Assembly (NCBI GenBank): GCA_041640575.1
Contig: JBEPZZ010000006.1
Coordinates: 28,870-61,647, forward strand
Origin: Pseudothermotoga sp.
GTDB taxonomy: Bacteria; Thermotogota; Thermotogae; Thermotogales; DSM-5069
Length of the DNA: 32,778 nt
Direction of reading: 5' to 3'
Below, in pieces: positions 19,906 through 29,071 of this stretch. Every line of letters starts with the position of its first letter. Within the stretch, counting starts at the first letter, position 1. The translations under genes and the position numbers were made by a program. The notes beneath the pieces were generated by a model. It had not been told where the DNA came from, did not search any database, and saw only the letters and a list, made by a program, of their open reading frames with translations.

Positions 19906-21390
19906 GTGATTGATCTTAAAAAATTCGAATTTTGGTTTCTGGTTGGTAGTCAGCACCTTTATGGTTCCGAGACTTTGAGAAAGGTCGAAAAGCAGGCGAG
20001 AGAAATTTTTGAACAAATTGCGACTGATTTGCCATCCACTTTGGTTTTCAAGGGGGTACTAACAACATCGGAAGAAATATTGCGAGTGTTCGAACAAGCC
20101 AATTCGCAGGTAAATTGCGCAGGAATTGTGACCTGGATGCACACCTTTTCTCCGTCCAAAATGTGGATAAGAGGTCTTCTTGCTAACAAAAAGCCATTAT
20201 TGCATCTGCACACCCAACATAGCAAGGAGATACCGTGGGAAACGATCGATATGGACTATATGAATTTGAACCAATCTGCGCACGGTGATCGTGAGCATGG
20301 TTACATTCATACAAGGTTAAGATTGTCCAGAAAAATCGTTGTTGGCCATTGGCAGAATCCTGAGGTTAAAGAAGAGATTTCCAAATGGATGCGTGTTGCC
20401 TGTGCAATAGCCGATGGAAAATCTGGCCAAATTGTCAGATTTGGTGACAACATGCGAGAAGTGGCAAGTACGGAGGCTGACAAAATCGAAGCTCAGATAA
20501 GAATCGGTTGGTCGATCAATACTTGGGGTGTCGGAGAATTGGCCGACCGCGTTAAAAGCGTTCCAGAAAATCTCGTAAATGATCTTATGAAACACTATGC
20601 GGAGAAATACTTATTACCTTCCACTGAGGAGCAGCTGAGAGCTGTGAAGGAACAGGCAAGAATAGAAATAGCCCTTAGAGAATTTCTTAAAGAAAAGAAT
20701 GCGATTGGTTTCACTACGACCTTTGAAGACTTGCACGATTTGCCTCAGCTTCCGGGTTTGGCTGTTCAACGACTGATGGAAGATGGGTATGGTTTTGGTG
20801 CAGAAGGAGACTGGAAAGTTGCGGCTTTGGTTAGAGCCTTGAAGGTCATGGGTGCTGGTCTAAGTGGAGGAGCGTCCTTCATGGAGGACTATACGTATCA
20901 CTTACCAGAGGGGAACGAGCTCGTTTTGGGTGCTCACATGCTTGAAATTTGCCCAACTATTGCAGCTGAAAAACCAAAAGTTGAGGTTCATCCGTTGAGT
21001 ATAGGTGGAAAAGCAGATCCCGCAAGGCTGGTTTTCAATGCTCAAGAAGGAGAAGCCGTAAATGCGTCAATTGTTGACCTTGGTAACAGGTTCAGATTAG
21101 TCGTCAACAAGGTAATCTCAGTACCCATTCAAAAGTCAATGCCTCATCTTCCTGTAGCTAGGGTTTTGTGGAAACCACTACCCAATTTCAAGGCTGCAAC
21201 GACTGCTTGGATAATGGCAGGAGGTTCTCACCATACAGCCTTCAGCACAGCCATTGATCCAAATTATCTTACAGATTGGGCAGAAATGTTGGATATTGAA
21301 TGTGTCGTCATCGATGAAAAACTTGACATTCAAAGATTCAAAAGTGAGCTAAGGCTCAACGAGGTATACTGGGGATTTTTCAAGCGGTGA
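19906..21390 (+). CDS. araA: L-arabinose isomerase
   Basis: Motifs GSQHLYG, MHTFSP, NLNQSAHGDREHG, GFGAEGDWK, SFMEDY, GAHMLE and GGSHH. SD AGGAGG. Confidence 0.98.
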   Translation: MIDLKKFEFWFLVGSQHLYGSETLRKVEKQAREIFEQIATDLPSTLVFKGVLTTSEEILRVFEQANSQVNCAGIVTWMHTFSPSKMWIRGLLANKKPLLHLHTQHSKEIPWETIDMDYMNLNQSAHGDREHGYIHTRLRLSRKIVVGHWQNPEVKEEISKWMRVACAIADGKSGQIVRFGDNMREVASTEADKIEAQIRIGWSINTWGVGELADRVKSVPENLVNDLMKHYAEKYLLPSTEEQLRAVKEQARIEIALREFLKEKNAIGFTTTFEDLHDLPQLPGLAVQRLMEDGYGFGAEGDWKVAALVRALKVMGAGLSGGASFMEDYTYHLPEGNELVLGAHMLEICPTIAAEKPKVEVHPLSIGGKADPARLVFNAQEGEAVNASIVDLGNRFRLVVNKVISVPIQKSMPHLPVARVLWKPLPNFKAATTAWIMAGGSHHTAFSTAIDPNYLTDWAEMLDIECVVIDEKLDIQRFKSELRLNEVYWGFFKR

Positions 21391-21412
21391 GAGGGGACCA
21401 GTCTCCTCTCAC
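21387..21412. terminator. Hairpin between convergent araA and araR
   Basis: GTGAGAGGGGAC-CA-GTCTCCTCTCAC is an inverted repeat with one wobble that contains both stop codons. It has no U tract. Confidence 0.6.
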
Positions 21413-22467
21413 TCGTTTGGTACATGAGACACCGATGATCTTTCGATTAATTCTGGCGTTAAAACGATATTTTGCGCTTCCTTCCCATCAAGCATGTCAA
21501 GAAGAAGTTCGGCGGCCTTTCTACCAATATCTTCTTTTGGATGAGCGAAAGTTGTGAGTACTTCTCTAAAATCTCCTATTGGAGCATCATCAAACCCGAT
21601 GACCGATAAATCTTCCGGAATTTTAAATCCCAATCTTTTGGCTACCAAGTGCAACTGAAGTGCTGTTGCATCATTGTAGCAGAAAATTGCTGTTGGCCTT
21701 ATTTGTTTCGGCAAGGTAAGAAGTTCATAAGCTATCTGCATTGGTGCACCAGTGAACTCTGAAACGTTGAAAGCCTTGTCGTAAATCTTTTCAAAACCAA
21801 GTTCTTCGCATTTTCTCAAGAATCCTTGAGCTCTAAGTAACCCAGGTAAATGAATTGATTTGTACATAACAGCCACAATCTTATGACCATGTGAGTGAAA
21901 TATCTCAGCAGCTCTTTCGCCACCGTAACTGTCGTTCAAGGTTACAGAACTAACGTTTTCGATAGACCAATTACTGTGAACCAAAACAATTTTTATTCCT
22001 TCTTTAGCCAAGGATTTGACTAAATCTCTGTTGCAACGTCTTGTTGCACTGTAAACTGGATCTATGATTAGACCTTTAACTCCTGATTCCATCCATTCGG
22101 TGAGGATCTGCCTTTCTTTCACTGGGTCCTCGGAGGCATTTCCCAAGAGTAATTTGTAACCATTTCTAAACAGCTGATCTTCGGCGCCCAGAACAATGTA
22201 AGGAAATATGTAACTGGTTATCTGTTGAACAACAATTCCAACAAAGTGATTACTACCGCTTGAACTTACGAAGGTTCCGAGTCCAGGCTTTCGCACTATA
22301 AGTCCTCTTGACGCTAATCTGTCCAAAGCTTTACGTACCGTTTCACGGCTCGCTTCAAATTTTTTCATTAGTTCCTTTTCTGTGGGGAGTCTGTCGCCTG
22401 ATTTATACCGACCAGATCTCAGTTCATCCAATAAATAGCGCTCTATAACTCTGTGTTTTGGTGTAAT
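21409..22467 (-). CDS. araR: Arabinose repressor (GntR HTH fused to a LacI-type sensor domain)
   Basis: N-terminal GDRLPTEKELMKKFEASRETVRKAL and KPGLGTFV, then SYIFP, AIFCYND, IPEDLSVIGFDD and LIERSS. Start extended from TTG 22431 to a probable ATT at 22467 (see findings). Confidence 0.92.
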   Translation of the reverse strand: MTPKHRVIERYLLDELRSGRYKSGDRLPTEKELMKKFEASRETVRKALDRLASRGLIVRKPGLGTFVSSSGSNHFVGIVVQQITSYIFPYIVLGAEDQLFRNGYKLLLGNASEDPVKERQILTEWMESGVKGLIIDPVYSATRRCNRDLVKSLAKEGIKIVLVHSNWSIENVSSVTLNDSYGGERAAEIFHSHGHKIVAVMYKSIHLPGLLRAQGFLRKCEELGFEKIYDKAFNVSEFTGAPMQIAYELLTLPKQIRPTAIFCYNDATALQLHLVAKRLGFKIPEDLSVIGFDDAPIGDFREVLTTFAHPKEDIGRKAAELLLDMLDGKEAQNIVLTPELIERSSVSHVPNE

Positions 22468-22485
22468 GTGTAACCCCTCCTAGTT

Positions 22486-22534
22486 AATGTACGTACCTTT
22501 TAAACATTGTACGCCTAACTGATTTCTTAGTCAA
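22486..22534 (-). promoter_or_regulatory. araR promoter with autoregulatory AraR operator
   Basis: Minus strand TTGACT (22534-22529), 17 nt, TACAAT (22511-22506). GTACGTAC at 22489-22496 lies between the -10 and the SD. Confidence 0.82.
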
Positions 22535-22628
22535 GAGTACAGAGTAAGATTTTTCTCTCGGTCTGATGTGATATCCTTATACCACAGTAGTAATTGAACA
22601 AACTGCTAAAAGCGTGGAAGGTGATTTA

Positions 22629-23396
22629 ATGAAAACATTGCTTGGAGGAATTCTTATAGGTTTTGCAAATCTGATACCAGGTGTCAGTGGTGGTACGATC
22701 GCAGTTGTGCTAGGTGTGTATGAGAAGATAATAAATGCAATTGTTTCCTTAATGAAATTGAAAATCTCGAAAGATCAGGTTATTTTTCTTATTCAGCTAG
22801 CTGCTGGTATAGGAGTTGCATTGTTAGCCGGTTCAAAACTGATGAGTTATTTACTATCCTTTTATCCAGCTGTAGCTTATTCAGCCTTTTGTGGGCTCGT
22901 TCTAGGTACATTGCCAGATTTCTACAAGCAAATTCCAAAACTTAGGACTATTTATGTGTTGATCGGTGTTACAGTTTTATTAATTGTCGAATTTTCCAAA
23001 ACAGCGACACTTAATCTTGGCAAGCCAGCATTGTTCATCGGCGGTATACTTGCAGCCATAGCAATGGTTCTCCCTGGTTTGAGTGGGTCGTTGGTAATGT
23101 TAATCTTCGGAATCTACGAGAATGTCTTGACTGCTTTGACTACTCTACAACTGTCTGTGCTTATCCCCTTTGGAACAGGAGTAATACTTGGAATAGCAAT
23201 TGCTATAACAGGGATGAGATACTTGCTCAAGAATTTTAGGAATCAAACTTACAATTTAATATTGGGACTGCTCTTAGCTTCGATTATAAAGATTCAACCT
23301 TTTGACAAACAACAAATGACCGTATCAGTAGTCATTCTGTCTTTGCTAACCATAGGCGTTACTGGTTTCTTATCCTTCTCCATGTCAAAGAAATAA
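22629..23396 (+). CDS. DUF368 membrane protein (undecaprenyl-phosphate translocase family)
   Basis: Duplicated signature GFANLIPGVSGGTIA and AMVLPGLSGS, highly hydrophobic. ATG 22629 follows AAGGTGA. Confidence 0.88.
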   Translation: MKTLLGGILIGFANLIPGVSGGTIAVVLGVYEKIINAIVSLMKLKISKDQVIFLIQLAAGIGVALLAGSKLMSYLLSFYPAVAYSAFCGLVLGTLPDFYKQIPKLRTIYVLIGVTVLLIVEFSKTATLNLGKPALFIGGILAAIAMVLPGLSGSLVMLIFGIYENVLTALTTLQLSVLIPFGTGVILGIAIAITGMRYLLKNFRNQTYNLILGLLLASIIKIQPFDKQQMTVSVVILSLLTIGVTGFLSFSMSKK

Positions 23397-23423
23397 AGCT
23401 GTTGAGAAGTTATTAGTTGATTA

Positions 23424-23432
23424 TGTTATAAT
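23424..23432 (+). promoter_or_regulatory. Extended -10 promoter of the amino acid ABC operon
   Basis: TGTTATAAT lies upstream of SD AGGAGG and ATG 23454. Confidence 0.6.
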
Positions 23433-23453
23433 GTAAAAAAAGGAGGGGGGAGC

Positions 23454-24179
23454 ATGAAAAGCGGTAAAATTGTAATCGTTCTGCTCTTACTGATTGGTGC
23501 AATTACCTTCGCTAAGACTTACACGGTTGGGACAAGCGCAGATTTTCCACCATTTGAGTACATCGAAAACGGACAGTTTGTGGGATTCGATATGGATCTT
23601 ATTCGTGAAATTGCAAAAATTGCTGGTTTCGAAGTGAAATTTGTCGACATGAGCTTTGACTCATTAATACCTGCATTGAGAGCTGGACAAATTGACATAG
23701 CCATTGCAGGAATGACAATAACGGACGAGAGAAAGCAGGTAGTGGACTTTTCGATACCATACTGGACTGCCGACCAGAGTATTGTAGTTAGAGCCGATTC
23801 AGATTTAAGTATAACTGTACTGTTTGGAAAGTACAAAATAGGTGTACAAACCGGAACAACAGGTGACCTTTGGTGCAGCGATGAACTGGTTGCAAAAAAC
23901 ATCCTTCCTGAGAAAAATTTGAAAAGGTACGATACGTTTATCCTGGCTTTGAGCGATTTGTTGAACAAGAATATAGACGCAATTGTTCTGGATTCACCTG
24001 TTGCAAACAGGTTTGCAGCTACGAAACCGGTAAAAGTTATTGGCGTTATAGTAACAGGCGAACAGTACGGTATCGCCGTTAAAAAGGGCAACAGCGAGTT
24101 GCTAAAAGCTATAAACAACGCCCTGAAAGTTTTACAAGAAACCGGAAAAATTGCTGAGTTGATAGACAAATACTTCTGA
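23454..24179 (+). CDS. Polar/basic amino acid ABC transporter substrate-binding protein (family 3)
   Basis: Signal peptide, motifs VGTSADFPPFEY, GFDMDL, AGMTITDERK, GVQTGTTG and EQYGIAV. Confidence 0.95.
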   Translation: MKSGKIVIVLLLLIGAITFAKTYTVGTSADFPPFEYIENGQFVGFDMDLIREIAKIAGFEVKFVDMSFDSLIPALRAGQIDIAIAGMTITDERKQVVDFSIPYWTADQSIVVRADSDLSITVLFGKYKIGVQTGTTGDLWCSDELVAKNILPEKNLKRYDTFILALSDLLNKNIDAIVLDSPVANRFAATKPVKVIGVIVTGEQYGIAVKKGNSELLKAINNALKVLQETGKIAELIDKYF

Positions 24180-24184
24180 AAAGA

Positions 24185-24877
24185 GTGGGGGGTTCGGCTG
24201 TAGAAAAGTTCCTTTTGGTCCTTAATTCCTTGCCTGTGCTTTTGAGGGGCACACTTGTCACCGTACAATTGACTTTTTATAGTCTAATTCTCGGCTTAAC
24301 AATAGCTATACCTGTAAGTTTCTTCCAAGTTTACGGTGGCAGTGTTGCCCGTTTCTTTAGCTCGCTGTACGAGAGGATCTTCAGAAGTATTCCTCTTTTG
24401 GTTCTTTTGATGATCCTCTTTTACGGTTTACCAGAGTTCGGAATCAGGTTGAATCCGTTTCTGGCTTGTATTGTTGGTTTGGGTATACGAAGTTCTGCTT
24501 ATCAGTCTCAGATATTTAGGGGAGCGATTCTCTCCGTAGGTAAGGGGCAAACGCTGGCTGCACTATCATTAGGAATGACTCGAATGCAAACCTTCCGATA
24601 CATTATCTTTCCGCAAGCACTTCGCTTTTCGATAGCTCCCTGGACAAATGAACTGACCGTTGTCTTGAAAGATTCCTCAATGGCGTATGCTCTGGGCGTA
24701 GTTGAATTGCTTAGGCAAGGGAGTTACATCGTGGCAAGAACTTATGAGCCAATGATCATTTTCATGACCTGCGCGGCTATTTATTTGATACTAACGCTAT
24801 CATCCAACAAACTCATGGGATTGATGGAAAAGCGGTTGAGAATACCCGGATTTGAAATAAAGGGAGAGGTTCAATGA
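24185..24877 (+). CDS. Polar amino acid ABC transporter permease
   Basis: Motifs [24 protein letters not shown] and LKDSS. Exact start is uncertain. Confidence 0.92.
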   Translation: MGGSAVEKFLLVLNSLPVLLRGTLVTVQLTFYSLILGLTIAIPVSFFQVYGGSVARFFSSLYERIFRSIPLLVLLMILFYGLPEFGIRLNPFLACIVGLGIRSSAYQSQIFRGAILSVGKGQTLAALSLGMTRMQTFRYIIFPQALRFSIAPWTNELTVVLKDSSMAYALGVVELLRQGSYIVARTYEPMIIFMTCAAIYLILTLSSNKLMGLMEKRLRIPGFEIKGEVQ

Positions 24878-25626
24878 ACATACCCATTTTGAGAGTGGAA
24901 AATCTCAAAAAGAGCTATGGTGCTACAACGGTTTTGAACGGTGTTAGCTTCGAAGTTCACAGAGGAGAAACGAAAGTTATAATAGGCCCAAGTGGTACAG
25001 GTAAGAGTACATTACTTGCTTGCATAAATAGGCTTGTTGAACCAGATGAGGGGAAGGTCTATCTTGAAGGTGAAGAAATAACACATGCAAATGCTGTGAA
25101 AATGAGACAGAAGATAGGATTCGTTTTCCAAGATTTCAACCTCTTCAACCATTTGACAGCTCTCGACAACGTGAGGATAGGTTTGATCAAAGTCCAAAAA
25201 ATTACAAAACAAGAAGCAACGCAAATAGCGATGGAACAAATGAGAAAAGTCGGTTTGGCTGAGAAAGCCCATCTTTACCCGTCTCAACTTTCTGGGGGTC
25301 AGAAACAAAGGGTAGCTATTGCAAGAGCGCTTGCTATGAGACCGAAATTGATGCTCTTTGACGAACCTACATCGGCTCTTGATCCAGAACTCATTGGTGA
25401 GGTTCTTTCCGTCATGGCTGACCTTGCCGAATCCGGAATGACGATGCTTGTTGTAACGCACGAACTTGGTTTTGCTAGGACGGTTGCTGACGAGATAATC
25501 TTTATGGAACATGGAGTCATAGTGGAACAAGGGCCTCCAGAAGACTTGTTCACAAACCCAAAAAAGGAAAGGACGCAAACATTTCTAAGAAAGCTTACCG
25601 AACTCTATGGGGAGAAGGCAAAATGA
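24874..25626 (+). CDS. Polar amino acid ABC transporter ATP-binding protein (GlnQ family)
   Basis: Walker [10 protein letters not shown], signature [27 protein letters not shown] and VTHE. Confidence 0.96.
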   Translation: MNIPILRVENLKKSYGATTVLNGVSFEVHRGETKVIIGPSGTGKSTLLACINRLVEPDEGKVYLEGEEITHANAVKMRQKIGFVFQDFNLFNHLTALDNVRIGLIKVQKITKQEATQIAMEQMRKVGLAEKAHLYPSQLSGGQKQRVAIARALAMRPKLMLFDEPTSALDPELIGEVLSVMADLAESGMTMLVVTHELGFARTVADEIIFMEHGVIVEQGPPEDLFTNPKKERTQTFLRKLTELYGEKAK

Positions 25627-26294
25627 GTTTCTTTCAACTAGCCGTTTCATGGTTACCAAGGTTACTCAATGGTTTAACTGTAACGGTGTATATGACGATA
25701 ATTGCTTCGACAGTTGGTCTGGCGCTTGGAATTTTGTTATGCCTCGGAAGAATCTATGGAAACAGATTTCTCAGATTTCTTTCAGCGGCTTTCATCGAGC
25801 TGATTCGTGGTACCCCAATGCTTGTGCAACTTTTTATTCTGTATTACGGTTTGCCTGTTTATGGGATCAGGTTATCGCCTTTAGTTGCCGCACTAGTAGG
25901 TTTTTGCATTAACAGTGGAGCCTACCAAGCCGAATACATACGTGGTGCAATACAATCAATAGGGATAGGTCAGTACAAAGCAGCACTATCAATCGGAATG
26001 ACAAAATGGCAAGCTGTTAGATTGATAATACTTCCTCAAGCTTTACGTAGAGTAATACCATCTTGGACCAACGAATTCATATATCTTTTGAAATACACTT
26101 CTATGGCATACATAATTGGAGCTCCAGAAATGATGGCTCAAGCTAAATTCATCGCTAGCCGAAACTTTCAATTTTTTGAAGTCTATCTTGTAACAGCTCT
26201 TATATACCTTGTAGTAGTTTGGTTTGCGACAAGTTTGCTTTCAAAGCTTGAGAAAAAATTTAGAATTCCAGGTACAGTCGTTTTTGAAAGATAA
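25623..26294 (+). CDS. Polar amino acid ABC transporter permease
   Basis: Motifs [25 protein letters not shown] and LKYTS. Confidence 0.94.
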   Translation: MSFFQLAVSWLPRLLNGLTVTVYMTIIASTVGLALGILLCLGRIYGNRFLRFLSAAFIELIRGTPMLVQLFILYYGLPVYGIRLSPLVAALVGFCINSGAYQAEYIRGAIQSIGIGQYKAALSIGMTKWQAVRLIILPQALRRVIPSWTNEFIYLLKYTSMAYIIGAPEMMAQAKFIASRNFQFFEVYLVTALIYLVVVWFATSLLSKLEKKFRIPGTVVFER

Positions 26295-26295
26295 T

Positions 26296-26742
26296 CTATT
26301 CCATAAGCTCTTTCAAAACCATTGGCTCGATTCTGAACGGAGAACCACGTCCCTGCAAAAAATGGTGCTTCTCGAGTAAATGTATTGACAAATCACTCAC
26401 CATTAAAGAAATCTCTTTGTCGATTCTTTTTATCAGCATTGTTCGTTTTCTAAAAATGCCATCCTTGAATGGACACGGTAGGAAACCTCTTGCTTCAAAA
26501 AGTTGTATTTGCCACTTGTCAAGTGTTACTGGTTCGCCAAGGCCTTTCACAGCTTCGTTCATCATTCCTTTTAGCCAATCAGCCACTTTTTGAAAATCTA
26601 GTCCCAAGGATGCCATAACCTGTTCATCGTTAGTTATTATGTCCAAAAGATTCCTATCGTCGTCTCCGAGAAAACCTACTGAGCTTATAACACCGGGCTT
26701 CATATTTTGCTGTGCTTCCATATATTCTGGTGGCATCTTCAT
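26296..26742 (-). CDS. Soluble hypothetical protein, last gene of the nqr-like operon
   Basis: 148 aa, strong SD AAGGAGG, starts 15 nt after the nqrF stop. Contains RGFLPCPF and IHLLEKHHFLQGRGSPFRIEP. Function not recognised. Confidence 0.8.
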   Translation of the reverse strand: MKMPPEYMEAQQNMKPGVISSVGFLGDDDRNLLDIITNDEQVMASLGLDFQKVADWLKGMMNEAVKGLGEPVTLDKWQIQLFEARGFLPCPFKDGIFRKRTMLIKRIDKEISLMVSDLSIHLLEKHHFLQGRGSPFRIEPMVLKELME

Positions 26743-26757
26743 ATAGCTCGATCCTCC

Positions 26758-27870
26758 TTAAGCAAACTTATCGTAATAAATTTTTTCTATCGCGATGCCA
26801 TTTTTAGTCATTGTTTCTATTGCTGCGTTAATCATCCCGGGGCTACCACACAAATAGCCTTCCTTTTCGACATCAGTGCGAATAACTGTCTTGAAATATT
26901 TTTCGAGTACCTGAGTGATTAAACCAACCTCGCCTTCCCATTTGTCCTCTGGTAATGGGTTTGACAAAGCCGGTATGAAGTGAAAAACTGGCCATTTTCG
27001 CTCTAACTCCCTGAAGATATCAACATAAAAGAGGTCCTTCACAGAACGTGCACCAAAGAAGTACCATATCTCTCTTTCGTTGACATTCTTCTCATAAAGA
27101 TCAAATAAAATTGATTTGATTGGTGCCATTCCACTTCCGCCGGCAACAAATATCATGGTTGCTTTGCTATCTCTTGCATAGAACTCGCCAAACGGTCCTG
27201 TGAAATCAACTTCTTGGTTTTCTTTCATATACTTGTGAACATATGTTGTGGCTGCTCCACCTGGAACTAACCTTATCAAAAGTTGAATTCTGTCCCGAAT
27301 ACTTGGAGGAGACGAGATAGAATACGCTCTTTCAACTGGTTCTTTTATTTTGTCGTATGGTGGTATCCTCAACTGGATGTATTGTCCGGCCCTAAACTCA
27401 ATTTCTGATGGTTCAATCAATTTCAGCGTTAATTCCTTAATATCATAGGTAACATCAATAATTTTCTCAACTGTGGCTCTGAATTTTTTGGCATATAAAA
27501 GTTCTTCAGGAATTTCAATCTCTAAATCTTTCTTGACCTTTACTTGACAAGATAGTCTCACATTTTTTGCCATCTCATCTTTTGAAATATATGGAACCTC
27601 AGTGGGAAGATATGGTCCAACATCTGATAAAACTCTTACCTTGCAAGCTCCACAGCTTCCCCTACCTCCACAAGCTGAAGGTACGAATACACCCAAGGAG
27701 CTTAGTGTAAAAAGTAATGGGGCACCTCCTCGAGTAGTTAAGGTTTTTCTTTTGTTTATGGTTATTTTCACTTCACCGTAATTGTTCACTATAGCGTCTA
27801 TCAAGACTATCAGAGCAGCAAGAAATCCACTTAAAACTGCCACAAGAATCGGTGCAGCAAGAATCTGCAT
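26758..27870 (-). CDS. nqrF: NqrF-like NADH:flavin/[2Fe-2S] oxidoreductase subunit
   Basis: N-terminal TM helix, 2Fe-2S motif SACGGRGSCGAC...RLSCQ, FAD motif RAYSIS, NAD(H)-domain motifs GGSGMAP and YLCGSP, ending YYDKFA. Confidence 0.9.
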   Translation of the reverse strand: MQILAAPILVAVLSGFLAALIVLIDAIVNNYGEVKITINKRKTLTTRGGAPLLFTLSSLGVFVPSACGGRGSCGACKVRVLSDVGPYLPTEVPYISKDEMAKNVRLSCQVKVKKDLEIEIPEELLYAKKFRATVEKIIDVTYDIKELTLKLIEPSEIEFRAGQYIQLRIPPYDKIKEPVERAYSISSPPSIRDRIQLLIRLVPGGAATTYVHKYMKENQEVDFTGPFGEFYARDSKATMIFVAGGSGMAPIKSILFDLYEKNVNEREIWYFFGARSVKDLFYVDIFRELERKWPVFHFIPALSNPLPEDKWEGEVGLITQVLEKYFKTVIRTDVEKEGYLCGSPGMINAAIETMTKNGIAIEKIYYDKFA

Positions 27871-27881
27871 CTTGTTTCACC

Positions 27882-28469
27882 TCACTGAACTTTTATCATC
27901 CCAGCAAATCCCATGAAAGCCATGGCCATAATCCCAATTGTAATCAGTGTTAAGGCTGTTCCCTTCAATCCCGCCGCTACAGGGTTATTATCAATTTTTT
28001 TCCTTATCGCTGCGAGTAGAACTATTGCTAGCCACCAGCCCAAACCACTTCCTAGGCCAAAGACTAATGACTGAATAAGGTTGTAATCTCGAAGCTGCAT
28101 GAACAAAGCAACACCAAGAATTGCACAATTAACTGTTATTAGAGGCAAAAAGATTCCAAGGTTCATGTAAAGTACGGGTGAGATTCTATCTATCAACATT
28201 TCTAGAACTTGAACAACCGCAGCAATGACAATTATGAATATAATATATCGCAGATACTCAATGTTGAAAGGCACAATAATGTAATGATATACGAACCAGT
28301 TCAAAGTAGTTGTTATAGTCATGACGAAAGTTACCGCCATTCCAAGACCATTTGCAGACTTTAAATCTCTTGAGATCGATATATAAGAACACATGCCCAA
28401 GAAATTTGTCAAAACTATGTTACTGGTGAAAATCGATGCAAAAAGTAGAGCGACAGGATCAATTTTCAT
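27882..28469 (-). CDS. nqrE: NqrE/RnfA-family membrane subunit
   Basis: Conserved Cys motifs FLGMCSYI and GIFLPLITVNCAILG, plus GSGLGWWLAIV. Confidence 0.9.
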   Translation of the reverse strand: MKIDPVALLFASIFTSNIVLTNFLGMCSYISISRDLKSANGLGMAVTFVMTITTTLNWFVYHYIIVPFNIEYLRYIIFIIVIAAVVQVLEMLIDRISPVLYMNLGIFLPLITVNCAILGVALFMQLRDYNLIQSLVFGLGSGLGWWLAIVLLAAIRKKIDNNPVAAGLKGTALTLITIGIMAMAFMGFAGMIKVQ

Positions 28470-29071
28470 TTCTTTTCACCAGCCTTTACCACAAAAGATT
28501 TAAATATCCAGAGCAATATGCCGAGCAAAAAGAAGGCACTTGGGGCCATCACCATTATGGTCCATGTTGTAAAATTCAAGGGCATAATCCTCACACCAAA
28601 AATAGTCCCAAAGCCAAGCAATTCCCTTACAAAAGCAATAATAACCAGGATCATCATGTACCCTGCTCCAGCCGTTATGCCATCCCATAAAGCTAACAAG
28701 GGGCTGTTGGACTGAGCAAATGCTTCTGCTCTTCCCATGATGATACAGTTGGTTATGATTAAACCAACGTATGGGCCCAGAGCTTTGCTCACTACTGGCA
28801 AATAAGCTTTGAGAAAGATGTCTATTATGATTACATAAAACGCTATGATTAAAGTTTCTACCATCATCCTCACTTTTCTCGGTAAAAAGTTTTTTAACAT
28901 TGAAACCGTGAAACTAGATAGACCTGTTACAAGCGTCACACCAATGGCCATGATCACTGTGTTCAAAAGATTGTTGGTCACTGCTAATGTTGAACAAATA
29001 CCAAGGACTTGGATCAGTATTTGGTTCTCGTAAATGATATTCTTCTTTGCAATTTTAATCAGATCAGTCAT
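28466..29071 (-). CDS. nqrD: NqrD/RnfE-family membrane subunit
   Basis: Motifs QVLGICSTLAVT and VGLIITNCIIMGRAEAFA. Start placed at ATG 29071, overlapping the end of nqrC. Confidence 0.9.
   Translation of the reverse strand: MTDLIKIAKKNIIYENQILIQVLGICSTLAVTNNLLNTVIMAIGVTLVTGLSSFTVSMLKNFLPRKVRMMVETLIIAFYVIIIDIFLKAYLPVVSKALGPYVGLIITNCIIMGRAEAFAQSNSPLLALWDGITAGAGYMMILVIIAFVRELLGFGTIFGVRIMPLNFTTWTIMVMAPSAFFLLGILLWIFKSFVVKAGEKK

Noticed and set aside
23519..24268. 249-aa antisense ORF over the amino acid SBP gene
   Set aside because: It lies almost entirely opposite a clearly conserved gene and has no recognisable motifs. It is a typical shadow ORF.
25012..25578. 188-aa antisense ORF within the ABC ATPase gene
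   Set aside because: Shadow of a conserved gene with no family features.
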